From assembly GCA_021432655.1 (NCBI GenBank), contig MU271437.1, positions 1 to 64,000 on the forward strand: a stretch of 64,000 bases of DNA. The letters run 5' to 3'. Of this stretch, positions 51,154-63,076 are shown piece by piece (position 1 is the first letter of the stretch; each line of letters starts with the position of its first letter). The translations under genes were made by a program, and so were the position numbers. The DNA is from Atractiella rhizophila (Eukaryota). The notes below the pieces were generated by a model. The model ran no database searches. It was not told the origin of the DNA and saw only the letters and a list, made by a program, of their open reading frames with translations.

Positions 51154-52632
51154 CTATTCTTCAACTTCTTCCTCCTCCGGGTTGAAGTCAACTTCAAATC
51201 CTTCTAAAATATCTGCGTCGCTTGTACCATGGTGTGGTGTGGAAGAATCCCTTTCAGCATTGTCCTGTGGAAAGACTTCCTTATTCCATATAGAGATAAG
51301 GTCCGTAAATTTGTCCTCATGCTGTGCTCGGATGGTTGAGAGGAGTTTGACCGTTCTTTCGAAATGTTGTCGATAGTCGTTGACTTCTGTTGTACCCCGT
51401 TTGATGGGTACTGTCCCTTCGGCAGAAAAAGCTACATCGCCGCTAAGCGCATATCGAGCCTTCTGGAGCGTGAACATTGTGTTATTTTAAGCATGGATGG
51501 GGACATACCAAAGTGGAGGAATAAGCCATCAATGGAATTGTTATTTGATGGATTGACAGGTTGCTTCCCATGGTTGCTCCGCAAGCATGAAGATTTACAC
51601 TTGTGATCGTGGCAGGTCCATGAACAATGATGCGTGCAATCTTCAATTTGTAATCAGCAGTTGCTTGGGACAAAAGGGATTCTTACTCTGAAGAGAGCTG
51701 GGGAACGAAGATACGCAGCAGCCTTGATGGCTTTTTGGTGCGAGCTAGTGCCTCGAGCAGGGACTTCGTAAGCAGCATAAATGTAACTTTCGTGGTTGAT
51801 ATGTCGCTGGATTTCTTCATCTTCTTGATGATTTTTTTGGATCTTCAATTCTGCAGACGTCGAAGATTTGATTTCGAAGATGTCAACAAGATTATTGCGC
51901 ATTCTAATAGCATTGTCGCTTTTCTGTTCAGCAAGACCGCGTTGTACCTAGAGCTCAATATCAGAATGCAGCATTACATTGAGTGAAAGTAAATACTTCA
52001 CTCTGGAACCAGGCACTGCTGTGCCATTGAACAGCTTCAGGCGGAAGCTGCCCAAAGATGAATTTGAGGAAGTCAGACTTCCGGTACTGACGACGGACCT
52101 CGTATTCTTGATTCCTTCGCTGCCTATCTCTTCTCTCTTCACTATCTTCTTCCTCTCCACCTTCATCATCATCAGATACCACATCTGGTTCCGCATCTTG
52201 TGGATATTCTGAGGTGTCTGATCGTTTGGCAAAGACACTCTCAAGATGTGTTGGCCAAGGATGGTAGAGGAGCACCGCAGCCTTGCCAGCACGATAAACT
52301 TGAACTTTGGCTAGTTTAGAAGGTGCAGAAGGGATGACCCGAGTAGAGCGACGTCTTTTAGAGGGAGGTTCATCTGAATGAAGCTGCTCTCTGTCACTGC
52401 TTCAAGCTCTTCTTGCATTTGGGCGCGCTCTTCTCCCCAGGTCTGCTCGTTTTCCTCTGCTCTTGCCACAGCTTCTTGTAGCAACATTAATTCTCGATGT
52501 GCATCATTACGCTACAAACATGTCGTCCACTCCGTTCCTTGCTGAACAAAAGAAATGGCGCACCTGCCGCTTCAGAGCCCTGTACAGCTCCCTGTAATCT
52601 TTCCTCTGTGGTCTATTTTCTTGGTCTGACAT
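51154..52632 (-). pseudogene. DUF6698-like gene (multi-exon, degenerate)
   Basis: QKARYALS...DYRQHF..TVKLL...LISIWNKEVFP and VYRAGKAAVLLYHPWP. First exon MSDQENRPQRKDYRELYRALKRQ followed by a GT donor. Stops and frameshifts are present. Confidence 0.55.
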
Positions 52633-52778
52633 TTGCCCTTGAATGTTGTGCTGGGGAGAAAGAGTTGTGGGCTTTTATAGCCATAAGAAGAAGGTAAACA
52701 AGAATGACGTCATGACCTCAAGACGTGTCTGCTGTTCTCGTCATGACGAACAAGTTATTATTTCTCCATCAAACGACC
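52633..52778. promoter_or_regulatory. Compact bidirectional promoter with TATA-like box and CRE palindrome
   Basis: 146 bp between divergent ATGs. CTATAAAAG on the minus strand at about 52672-52680 and ATGACGTCAT at 52704-52713. Confidence 0.45.
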
Positions 52779-54062
52779 ATGGCTCCTCAAAACACAAAAG
52801 TAAACACAATCAATACCTTACCCGCTGGGAAAGTAGAATGCCCTGACTGCCACAAAGTGTTTTCTTTCGCCAAAGGCAGCATTAAAAGACATCGTGCACT
52901 CCAGCACCCAAAGCCTGCTCAGCGAGCAGGCTGGAAACCCATCAAGCTTGATGGAAGGCATGTTGGAATATTGTCTGAGAATGTGAGTACACTTTCTTCA
53001 TCATTTCATATTGCTGATAATTGAAGCAAGGATATCCCCAACTCAGATGGTTCCGAATCAAATAATGAGGAGGATAATTCGAAGGACGGCACTTGCTCTG
53101 GGGTTCACCACCAACGTGATCGTGTGTCCAACTTGTTTTCAGCTTCCTTAAGAACACACTACTGACATGTGCACTTATTGAAGAGGCTTTCAACGCATCA
53201 CAACCCCACCAATCTCCGGATCCGTCCATACCAACGACCTTGCCTCTCTCATATTCATCATCCAATCCAGTTTCCACTCCAACCTCCTCGTTATCTGACA
53301 ATGAGGAATGGGACACAGCACTTCTACAAGAACTGGGTGGCCCGTATTTCCAGCTTCTTCATCCAGATTCACTTTCTACAACTCCATTTTCGTACCATTG
53401 CCACCACGCTCCTTTCAAATCCACTAGTACAAGAGAATTATCTCCCTATCATCCCTTTAAAACCGAAGCTGACTTCGATATGGGATCTCATGTCTTTCAT
53501 CAAGGAATGACACAACGGGACACTACGGCATACTTTCGCAACCTCAAGAAGCACGGCCTACCGCACTTTACACTCGACTCCTTCAAAGATCTTAGAGAAA
53601 CACCCAAGAAGGACAGGATGAGTGTCACCACTGAGGTGCGTCGTTTTATTAAACACGATGCATTGACTTATGCCGGTTAGTTTCAAGAACACCTGATTTC
53701 GGCTGAGTTTGATGGAAAAGTGATACAACATCGTATATTTCTTCGAGATCCAATTGATATTATGAAGGAAGTGATTCGGGACGACTCCACCCGCCAGCAT
53801 ATGCAGTTTTACCCTGTCAAAAAGTTCAAAAGGACTGGGAACCCGCCATTCCGCAAGGTGAGGGCATATGATGAGCTGTGGACTACTAAGCGCTGGTGGA
53901 AGCTTCAAGTGAGTCTTCTTCATGTTATTCACTCACAAGAGTATCATACTCAAATGTTCTCAGGACTTGTTACCCAATCACAACGGGTGCATTGGTGCCA
54001 TCATCCTATATTCGGATGGGACGAACGCAGTGAAATTCGGACAAAAGACAGTTCACCCAATC
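52779..54062 (+). mobile_element. Plavaka-type transposase, N-terminal part with C2H2 zinc finger, 3'-truncated
   Basis: CPDCHKVF...IKRHRALQH, PYHPFKTEADF, FLRDPIDIM, YDELWTTKRWWKLQ and IILYSDGT..FGQKTVHPI. Introns are present. Confidence 0.8.
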
Positions 54063-54344
54063 TCATTTCCCTCTTCCCTCTTGTTCCCTCCACCTGCATT
54101 GGCCTACTCCATTCCACTTCATGGCGGCTCTTCATGTTCATGTTCAAGTACCCCTTAACATCGTAGGACAATAGGACAGGATGGGATGAGGACGAAAAAA
54201 ATGATCTGGCGATGATGTAAAAGCTTGCTGGGGACGGACGACTCCCATCCCTATGAACTGTGGACGACTTTACCTCAACTGTGTCTCTCGGAAGATCCCT
54301 GTGCCTGCACTTCAAGGCACTACTAACCAGGATCAGCTGTCCCT

Positions 54345-54530
54345 ATGCATCCTAAGGAAGCGAAGATGCTTGTCAATGTGCCATGAGCCTGCGGAGGAAC
54401 CAAAATCTTCGACAACAAGTCTTCCTTGCTGAAATGTTCCATCTCCGTTGTTCACCGATACCAAGACGCCAGCCTCACCAAATGCCATAATGTTGGCTTT
54501 CCCGCTACCGGTCATTTAGCCAGGAGTCGA
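54345..54530 (-). pseudogene. Single blade of a PVL/AAL-2-type (integrin-like beta-propeller) lectin
   Basis: TGSGKANIMAFGEAGVLVSVNNGDGTFQ..RLVVEDFGSSAGSWHIDKHLRFL matches the PVL repeat pattern. Confidence 0.7.
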
Positions 54531-55649
54531 ATGTGCTTCTAGACACGCTGCTCTCTAGCCCCTATCAAAAGTGCATTCCTGTTTCTCCCTGCTTTGCCTT
54601 ATTTTGCAGCAAATCACAACGTTTCACAACAATATTCCACATTTTTGTGCACTAAAGCAAACAGACAACAGAACCCAAAATTTGCTCAAGAGCTGGGACG
54701 GAAAATGTTGGAATTTCCTGACTTGTAAGCAAAATGTAAGTGTCTCACGTTCACATTCACCCTTTGAGAAAGTTGGGCAGAATTGTCATTCTGGAAATCT
54801 TTTGGCAAACTGGTCGCCCCGTGGGTTTTGTACTCAATTTCGTAGAGATTTGCGCCACATTGGGCTGCAAACACAAAAGTGGTCACCTTGAACTCGAATA
54901 TTCTTGAACGCAAAAATGTTGTAATGATTAACGATTCATCTTGAATACAATTTAGACTAATCCAGTGTCTATGAAATGGAATGTGTCTGTCTCTGAAGCA
55001 TAAAATAAAATAAAAGATATAGGTATATGGAAACTTGAAATGTAATCACACCTTCCGACATCAATACCCAATGTGTTTCCTGTTAAGTAGCTTGAACGTA
55101 ACGTATGTGATGCTGTTGTTGCCCTATATAACATGTAATAACTATGAGTGAACATTAAAAAGCGGAGCAAAAAGTACTCACCTCTATAAATCAAAAATAC
55201 AATTTGCTATTACTTCAGCATTATCCATTACATTTCAGGAGTGAGTAGGGTGAACGCAAGGCCTGAGAACCAGCTACAACGATGTAGAATTCGTAGTAAG
55301 AATGAGTTAATATCATAAAGTGGAGGAAAAAATACACACCTCTTGTATATCAAAAATGCAATCCCCTATTAGCTTCGCCATTATTCATCATATTTTAGAC
55401 GTAAGCAGCACTAATGGGCGTCCTGTGTTGTAGCTTCACCGACGTTTAATGTGTATTGAGAATGAGCAAATATTAAAAAAGAAAGGACACAATACACACC
55501 GCATATATATCAAAACATGCAATTCCCCATTGCTTCATCATTATCCATTGTATCTCAGGCCTGATTATGTCAAATGCAAGGCCTGAGAGCTAGCTATCAC
55601 GACGTATAAGGATTATTAGCATTGAAGGGATGTTAACAAGCAGAGCATC

Positions 55650-58300
55650 AACTCACATTATTTACATCGTCCAACTGCGCAACAGTACATTCAGTTCTCT
55701 TGCAACTACAGTTGTAATTGATCAAATAAAAGCTCAAAATTTGCCTTTGCTTTAGAATAGTTGACGCAATCTTTATAAAAATTCCGAAAGTGGGGGCTGG
55801 TGCATTATTTGTCCCAGACTGAAAATCACAAAAGATATCCATTCGCATCTGACTACTCACTAAGTAAATCACTACTTTCTCTTCCCCACTCCAATATGCA
55901 ACCTTTCTTTTGTCAAAACCGGGTCCATCTTTTCCTCTACCCATGTCATTGCCATAAAAACTCGTATGTTGATCATCTCCGCTGATTGAGGTACTTTCCT
56001 ATCCTTGATATCTGTGAAAAACTTCTTTACCACATTCGTCTATGCTCCACTTCCCCACCATATTCTTGCAGAGTGGGACATGGCATAAGTTAGTCTTGGA
56101 CAGTGAGTACAGAACTTTGGACCAATTGCATAAAGTTGTTGTCACAGACATCAAGCTTGTGCTTGTTTGTATTCTTCTCACCATACCCATCCTTTTGCTT
56201 CTTGCATCGACCATAGGTCTTTACAGCTCCAAGGGTGCCCTTCTTTGTTGGAATGGTGTATGTCACTTTCACTGGTGGAGGGAGTGTCGTTTGTAGTTTC
56301 CAAAATGGTTTGATCGCTGTTCAACACATTGTTAGTTGTTAGTAAATTCCTTTTCTTGTCAATAAAAATGTTCAAACTCACAGTCTCCTCTGGCTACTCT
56401 CTGAATGTGACTAGCAGCCCCCTTCTCGATTGCCAATAAACCATTTTTCAGCACCAAACCGTCATGAATGATTTTGTCGTCTGTAATACAAAGGGTTCAA
56501 GATAAGCTGGGGTTATTATAGTTCACAGCAAACAACTTCAGCTGCTTCTCTGTCGTTGAAGAAATAGCTTTGAACTGGAGTTGGCAGGCCACAAGTTTCC
56601 AGAAGGCATCAGAGTACATTTGAATTGTACTCTTCTCCTGATAATCTACAAACAAAGTGCCTGTTACTGAAGTAAAGGTCTGTGATGTTAGAGATTAGGA
56701 ATCATTTATGGGCAGAGGAACTAGCGGTGGTTGTACTTCCACATCAATATTTGTGGAAGATGTGAACTGGTTCGATTTTGTGAAGTTCCAAATAGAAGGT
56801 ATCGAAGGCGGCTTGATATCTGGCTCCAAAAGTTCTTGATTTAGATGAGGGTGTTTGGAGGAGATGGCGAGCATTGCAGTGGCATCATCCTCACTATCCA
56901 ATTGGGTTGCCATATGCTTCTCTGGCAAGCAAGATGAACTGATTGCAGAATGTTGTAAATGAGTGTTTTCGGGTTTCTATAACAGCTCAATACGAATATA
57001 TTCTTATGTTGAGAAGACTGGGCAAGAGAAGACCTACAGCCTTCAGAGACACCTCCATTTCAACATAAGAGTCCACAGGAAGCTCACCATTCATAACAAC
57101 CATTCCATTCATGACAGCTGTAACAATTACTTCGGGGCATTTGATATCATCTGGTTTGAGAGTTTGGAGGAGCTCCTTTCGCTTCGCTTTATAGCGATCT
57201 AGGTCAAGTCCCATAAATCTAAACTCATGGAATATCAATAAATGTACTACTCCCAGTAGCAAGTACAGAAAACATACTGCTTTCATGCTTAACCAATCTA
57301 AACTCATGCTTCGAAAAGGCGTCCAGCAGTTTAGGCTGGTTTGAAGAGTATAAGATTTCTTCCAGACGACGATTCCTATCCACAAGAAAGATGTGGTGGG
57401 TACTAGCCTCAATAACCTTCTTCCAAAATGCTCCCGATGGTGAGTTAGCTGGCTGAGAGCGGTTCTTAATTTTGACAAGGAGGTTTTTGCGTAAGAAGAT
57501 ATTGGGAAGGACACTCAGAACACTTGTAAGAGAAGAAGCTGATCCAGGAAATGGCTCACCAGCTGCATTATGCCAGCTGTCATTATTTAATGTCGTAAAC
57601 GGGAGTTGCTGATGCTTTGGAATAAGGCATCCCTTCGCAATGTGACCATTTTGAAGCTTGAGTGTGGTACAGCACTTGTTCCAAAGATCAGGCATCTTCT
57701 TGAACTTCAAATTTTGTAAGCTGCTCCAAACTTTCTTCAACTGAATAATGCCAGTAACCCCACCTTGCAAGTCAGCCTTCTTCTTCCAGATTGCCTCTCG
57801 AAATGATACAACGAAATCTGCTTGTGCTGGATGTATATGAGGAATTGTTTCAAAGACACACATTTTGAGATGAGCTAAATCCTGGCCAATCCAGAGTTCC
57901 GGCACATAGAGAAGGACACTTTTCCTATATTGACAGCAGAGGTCAATACATACCTGTCTGCTACCTTTGAAATTGACTCCAAGTAGCCTGCACGTTGAGC
58001 AAAATCTTGAACTGGTGGACCCATCACAAGTAGTGAGTTTCCAACAAGAAATTCCTGGATTGTTATTATTAGACTTTGAATTTACAGATGAAAACAACCT
58101 TATAACTTATGTATCCCACAAGTTCCCAGTCCTCATTTACCATCGTCAACAATCCTCCACAAAAAAATATTTGTAACTTGTACTTTTTGACGACCACCAG
58201 CCTCCTTCACAGTAGTATAAACATTTGCCTTCTTAGCGATCTTGATGGTTGCATCGAGCCTAACAAAAGACCTGATTGTTTGTCAGGATAGAGGGCCAAG
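55650..58300 (-). pseudogene. Large degenerate AT-rich coding relic of unknown family
   Basis: Overlapping minus-strand ORF pieces (57225-58097, 56987-57514 and others) broken by stops and frameshifts. Confidence 0.3.
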
Positions 58301-58609
58301 GTAAACCAAAATACATACCAGTGAAGGTGTTGTTATTGTGTAAAACTGCAATGATTATTTTGCTATTTTTCTCAGTCTTTATATACTTGTGAGACAGTTG
58401 TTCTAGAACTTTCAAAAAAAAGTAAGAAAGTAAGAAAACAAAAAAGCGAGAATGATGGAGAATATTCTAGAACAAATAATTGCAACTCATCCGAGATGGC
58501 AGGATGAATCATGAACACCAACAGAAGGTCTTCAAATACATATTGCTTTCTGGGCCATGCTCATACTCTATCCAGTGTTCATAGATTGCCTTGATGAGGT
58601 CAGATGATG

Positions 58610-59021
58610 GAGAGGGATTAATCGCATCAGGTACTCATGAGTACTACTCATGGGTACCCTTGTATTACCTTAGACTCTACTCGTCAACATAATTTTACAG
58701 CTTAGGCACATTAGTTTACATAGATGACTTATTTATACATTACTTATGCCTTAAACACCACTATCTTGTATCTCAGAGCCAGATCGAGCCATTTTAAATG
58801 TGAAAAAGATCAAAAATTGATATAAAACTCTCTTTAACTCTTTCAAACAAGTACTCCACAGGTACCTGCCATTTCAGGCCATATGAGTACTCTTAGGTAC
58901 TTAGCAGGGAACACGAACGGGCACCCCTGATGAAAATTAACCCTCTGTAGCTGATTTGTAACTTGTTGTGCACGGGTACCTGTGGCACAAGTACCCATGA
59001 GTACCATACTCGTTGACATCT
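58610..59021. mobile_element. Non-autonomous hAT-like element or end with GGGTAC/GAGTAC subterminal repeats
   Basis: Many GTACTCATGAGTAC and GGGTACC motifs. The right end reads GAGATGTCAACGAGTA on the minus strand, resembling fungal hAT termini. Confidence 0.45.
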
Positions 59022-61183
59022 CGAAGTCTTTACTCATCAAATTTCATGTTGCTCCTTCATTGATGATCGCTCTTCCAATTGTGTACTCATCCATGGGGCC
59101 ACTCTGATCATTCTCTATCTCTATTGTAAGGCGGAAGAGTTTTCCCCTTGTCCATCTCCTAAGTACTCTTGCTTCTTGCTCCTTTGTAGCTCTCATTGTT
59201 GGTTGTTGCAACAGTTTGTAGCTTTGAGCAATGTGCTTTTGCTCCTCTGTGTCTACCAGTCCTCCTTCATCTTCGTGAACTGCTCTGTTTGAAGCAGCTA
59301 ATGGTGAGGGAGGGTGAGGAGGTAGTTGGTTAAATCGTGCATGCTGTTATGTATCGATGATTGGAGTCTCTGTTAAGTCTAAGCTCGAAGGGGGTGGAGG
59401 TGCCGTGGTGCTGGTTCTTGCTCCTCTGGCACTATTGTTGTATCTACCATATGTGGCTCAGCCAGTTCTGGGATTTGATTCGCAATGGCTGTAGGCTGTG
59501 ATTGGGTGTCCTGTATTGGATTTGAGCCCTGTTGGGTATTGGATCTGGCACTGTCGAAAGAGTCTTTGTTTTGCCCTCCTTTCCCGCGGTGGAGGGGATT
59601 GTGTCTCAGATGGGATGTGCAGGGGTGAGATTTCACTATCAGACATTGAGGGTGTTGAGGATGAGGAAGTTTGTTCTTCATCAACATCCAGTTCTAAAGG
59701 GATCTCAGGATCATTCATATCCAACCCAGTCGAGATTGGGAAGGGCATGCTCTTGTGAGGCTTAGGCAAGAGCCTGCACCCTCCCCCCAGGTTTTGCCCG
59801 CTGTTTGAGAGTCAACGGGACCTGAGTCGCTAGAGGGGACTGACTCCTGAATTTTTTTACTCCTTCCTTTCTAACTTCTCTAAAATCTCTCTCGGCCAGT
59901 CAAGGGATGATCCTTACATTTTCCCAAAGGAGGATGGTTTGGCAATTTCATTCTTCGTAGTAGCGACAGGTTTTTCCTTTTTCTCTGAAACATAAGGATG
60001 TTCCCCCGACTCATCACCCCTCCCCAAAGGTTCTGGATGTGGGATGTGATGAGCAGACTGCTTGCTAATGCAGGAGTTGGGTACTCACCTTTCTTCGTTG
60101 TGCTTGACTCCTAATCCCTTCTCCAGTTCTCTTGCTATGAATGCATATTCCCAACTTTCCTTCACCTCACCTTCTGCTTCCTTATCCCCTGCCCACTCCA
60201 CAGATATTTCGTCTCCTCAGCCTCCATTGCTGGTGTGTTAAGAAAGATACCCACCTGCTCAGCACTACCCCCAATTTCTGACAACTATTCTTCCCACATC
60301 CTCTGTTGTCTTCTTATCCTGGTAATGGCCCATTGTTAGAAGGTAGCGGGCAATAATTTTAGGACATACAAATGTGGAGTGTTGGGGCTTACAATCGGTG
60401 AGCGACGAGGTTCCTCTTTGAATGGTTTAGAATAAAAGCTACCTCAAGCTCGAAAGGAACGAGATTGGGAGACCTTTACAAGTGCAATTTGAGAAGCAAA
60501 AGGTGTGACGAACCAATGGGTGGGATGAATTTATACTGTGAAATGAGCTGTGTCCCATCAGCTTCATGAAGGGCGGATCAAGCCTGGAAACTAGCCAGGA
60601 TCTCCATCAGGGGACTATGCAAGGAAGAAGTAGAATGATCCTGCACCTGCTCCCCCTTGACTGCATTCAGACACCAGCCAATGATCCCGGGTTGAAGGAC
60701 TCAAGATGAGTACTTTGTTACTTTTGATAGAAATTATACTGAACTATACACGGTTAGCACAGCCGTTGATTTCTTCTTTCCCAATACAGTATCCTCTAGC
60801 TCAAACATCTTCCACAATCTCAAGTCTACCCCCATTAAGATCACCAATCAATGTAAGAATCGTTGAGCGAAAGAGAGACCTCTTTGTCTCTGTCTCCACA
60901 TTGACCGTCGGCATAGCTAACCTGCAAGCTGTAATGCGGGTTAGAAGTTACTGTTAATGTGCAATGTTTGTGTCAAAGTACTTACCTGATTCCTTGTTCC
61001 AATTTCCAATCTGTCTCAGTCATTTCTCCCTCACACACAATCACCCATCTGTCTTTTACTCGCGGTGTCTTTTTAATCGTTACGCAGTGTTGTAGTGTGC
61101 GAGGTGAGTAGCCTTTTACTTTCTTATATCTTACTTATGCCAATGGGCACTCTTCAGGTTTCTACATGACAAATGTATGAGCA

Positions 61184-61380
61184 CTGTGAAGTGCGAGATA
61201 ACACTGAGTATAAGTCTCGCACTTGCAGGTTTCCAAGCTTTTATAACAGAGGGATCCCTGTGGTAAAAGATAGGCCACAGTTCCGGAAAGTGCTCGAAGG
61301 AAACTAAACATGCAAGGACGCAAGTGGCGAAAGGAGGTGTATGATTCTGTCACTACCCATTCTCCCCTTTCAAGAGCCCC
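61184..61380. repeat. Dispersed repeat family, copy 3 (inverted)
   Basis: Its reverse complement matches about 5573-5741. Confidence 0.8.
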
Positions 61381-61608
61381 TGTTATCATATAAGAGCAAC
61401 CGGACTAGAAGGTAGGCTTAGGCCTCCTCAGTCCACATTCTTATCACTTATTTCTGACATAGAGATACTGTTATTTGACCTGTTAGACGTGCAACCAGTT
61501 TGGGTGTTTTAGGTATGCTTCCTTATGTCTTATGATATTCCTATCCTCTTATGCAACTATGTGTTCCAGCACTCTTATGCAACTAATGTGTTCTAGCATT
61601 ATCAACTC

Positions 61609-63076
61609 TCAGTCCACTTGCCCCCTTTTTGGCTCACTCCCCATTTGGATCAGTGCCAGGTCCAAGCTCGGATTATACAAGCCGTCTTCCATTTGCCTCC
61701 CTCCTATTTGTTCACCTACATCCCACTTTCTAGGGCTCCTAAACTTTGGAACAGTATTGTTGCCTCCATAGGAGCCACTGGCGCTACCTCCATCACCAGA
61801 GTTCAACCTGCAAGCAGCAGAGCGAAGGTGGAGCACAATGCGAGAAGCCATCATCGTTGTGAATGCTATGGCGAGCGGCGCATTCAAAGATGAGATGAGA
61901 ACTCTGGGGACACTGCTTGGCTTTCTGTCAGTTCAGAAAGGATCTGGCTGTGAAGCCGGGCAGATTCTACGGACCTGAAGTAAATTACATTGACTAGGTT
62001 GCAGATGAATACAATGATGAAGTAGAGGACGCCGTCGCGTATAAAGATTGAGAGAAGACGTGTCGGCGGTGTGTTGTTCCAGTGTGTGATGATAGGGCTT
62101 TCAACGATTTTGGCCTCAGTCAGATGAAAGAAGAGGTGACTGACACAAGCGTGAACATTGTTGCCGTCGTATCGTAAAGGAGAAGCGGGACCCTATGCTT
62201 TCCATCAGCTAGTTTGATTCGTGTATCGATGAAACACAACCAATAAACCCATTGACGGCTGTACGAAGTGTCAGCTTGGTTCCTGCCAGATTGATGTAAG
62301 GATGAATCACTTTTGGACCCTTCCGACAGAGATGCATCCCCTCAAACCAGGCAGTCTGTTGGGCATGTCATCAATTATCCCTTGTGCACAGTGGCGTACA
62401 AATGCAACGCCTCGTTCTGAGCAACTGACCAAACCTGAACAGCCGTACCAGCAATGGCAAAGACTCCGAAGAAGTAAGCAATCCAATTACGACGGTTCCA
62501 CATTACCCACACTCTTGCGCCTAATAGAAACTCGCAGTTCACTGTGTCATATCATCTCAGTCCCATGGATACTTGAATCGGGAGTAGATGCACAGAACAG
62601 GATTATAGCGGCGACAGGTTGAAGAAAATGAACCTTATCGCACGTTTTCGGTTGGAATTCGATCCAGAGAAAACACATCGAGATGACAAAGTGCAAGAGG
62701 CTCCAGTAACTTCACATTTCTCATGTAAGCCAGAGCGAATGGAAAGAGAGAGATACCGATTGAAGAAGAATGCGGCTCGGACTGGTGTCCAACGCTGCGC
62801 TTTCCACATAGAATTGTATTCATCTAGAATCGGGAGGAGATGCACAGAACAGGATTATAGCGGCGACAGGTTGAAGAAATGAACCTTATCGCACGTTTTC
62901 GGTTGGAATTCGATCCAGACAAAACACATCGAGATGACAAAGTGCAAGAGGCTCCAGTAACTTCACATTTCTCATGTAAGCCAGGGCGAATGGAAAGAGA
63001 GAGATACCGATTGAAGAAGAATGCGGCTCGGACTGGTGTCCAACGCTGCGCTTTCCACATAGAATTGTATTCATCT
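61609..63076 (-). pseudogene. DUF6533-like multi-TM membrane protein gene with a tandemly duplicated 5' exon
   Basis: DEYNSMWKAQRWTPVRAAFFFNRYL (N-terminal motif), RDGVLYFIIVFICNLVNVIYF and MNAPLAIAFTTMMASRIVLHLRSAA. Introns are present. Confidence 0.65.
62575..63076. repeat. Near-perfect ~251-bp tandem duplication
   Basis: 62575-62825 and 62827-63076 differ by only a few bases. Confidence 0.95.

Noticed and set aside
59300..60330. Possible LINE ORF1/gag relic
   Set aside because: It is too degenerate, with no zinc knuckle or adjacent endonuclease/RT visible.
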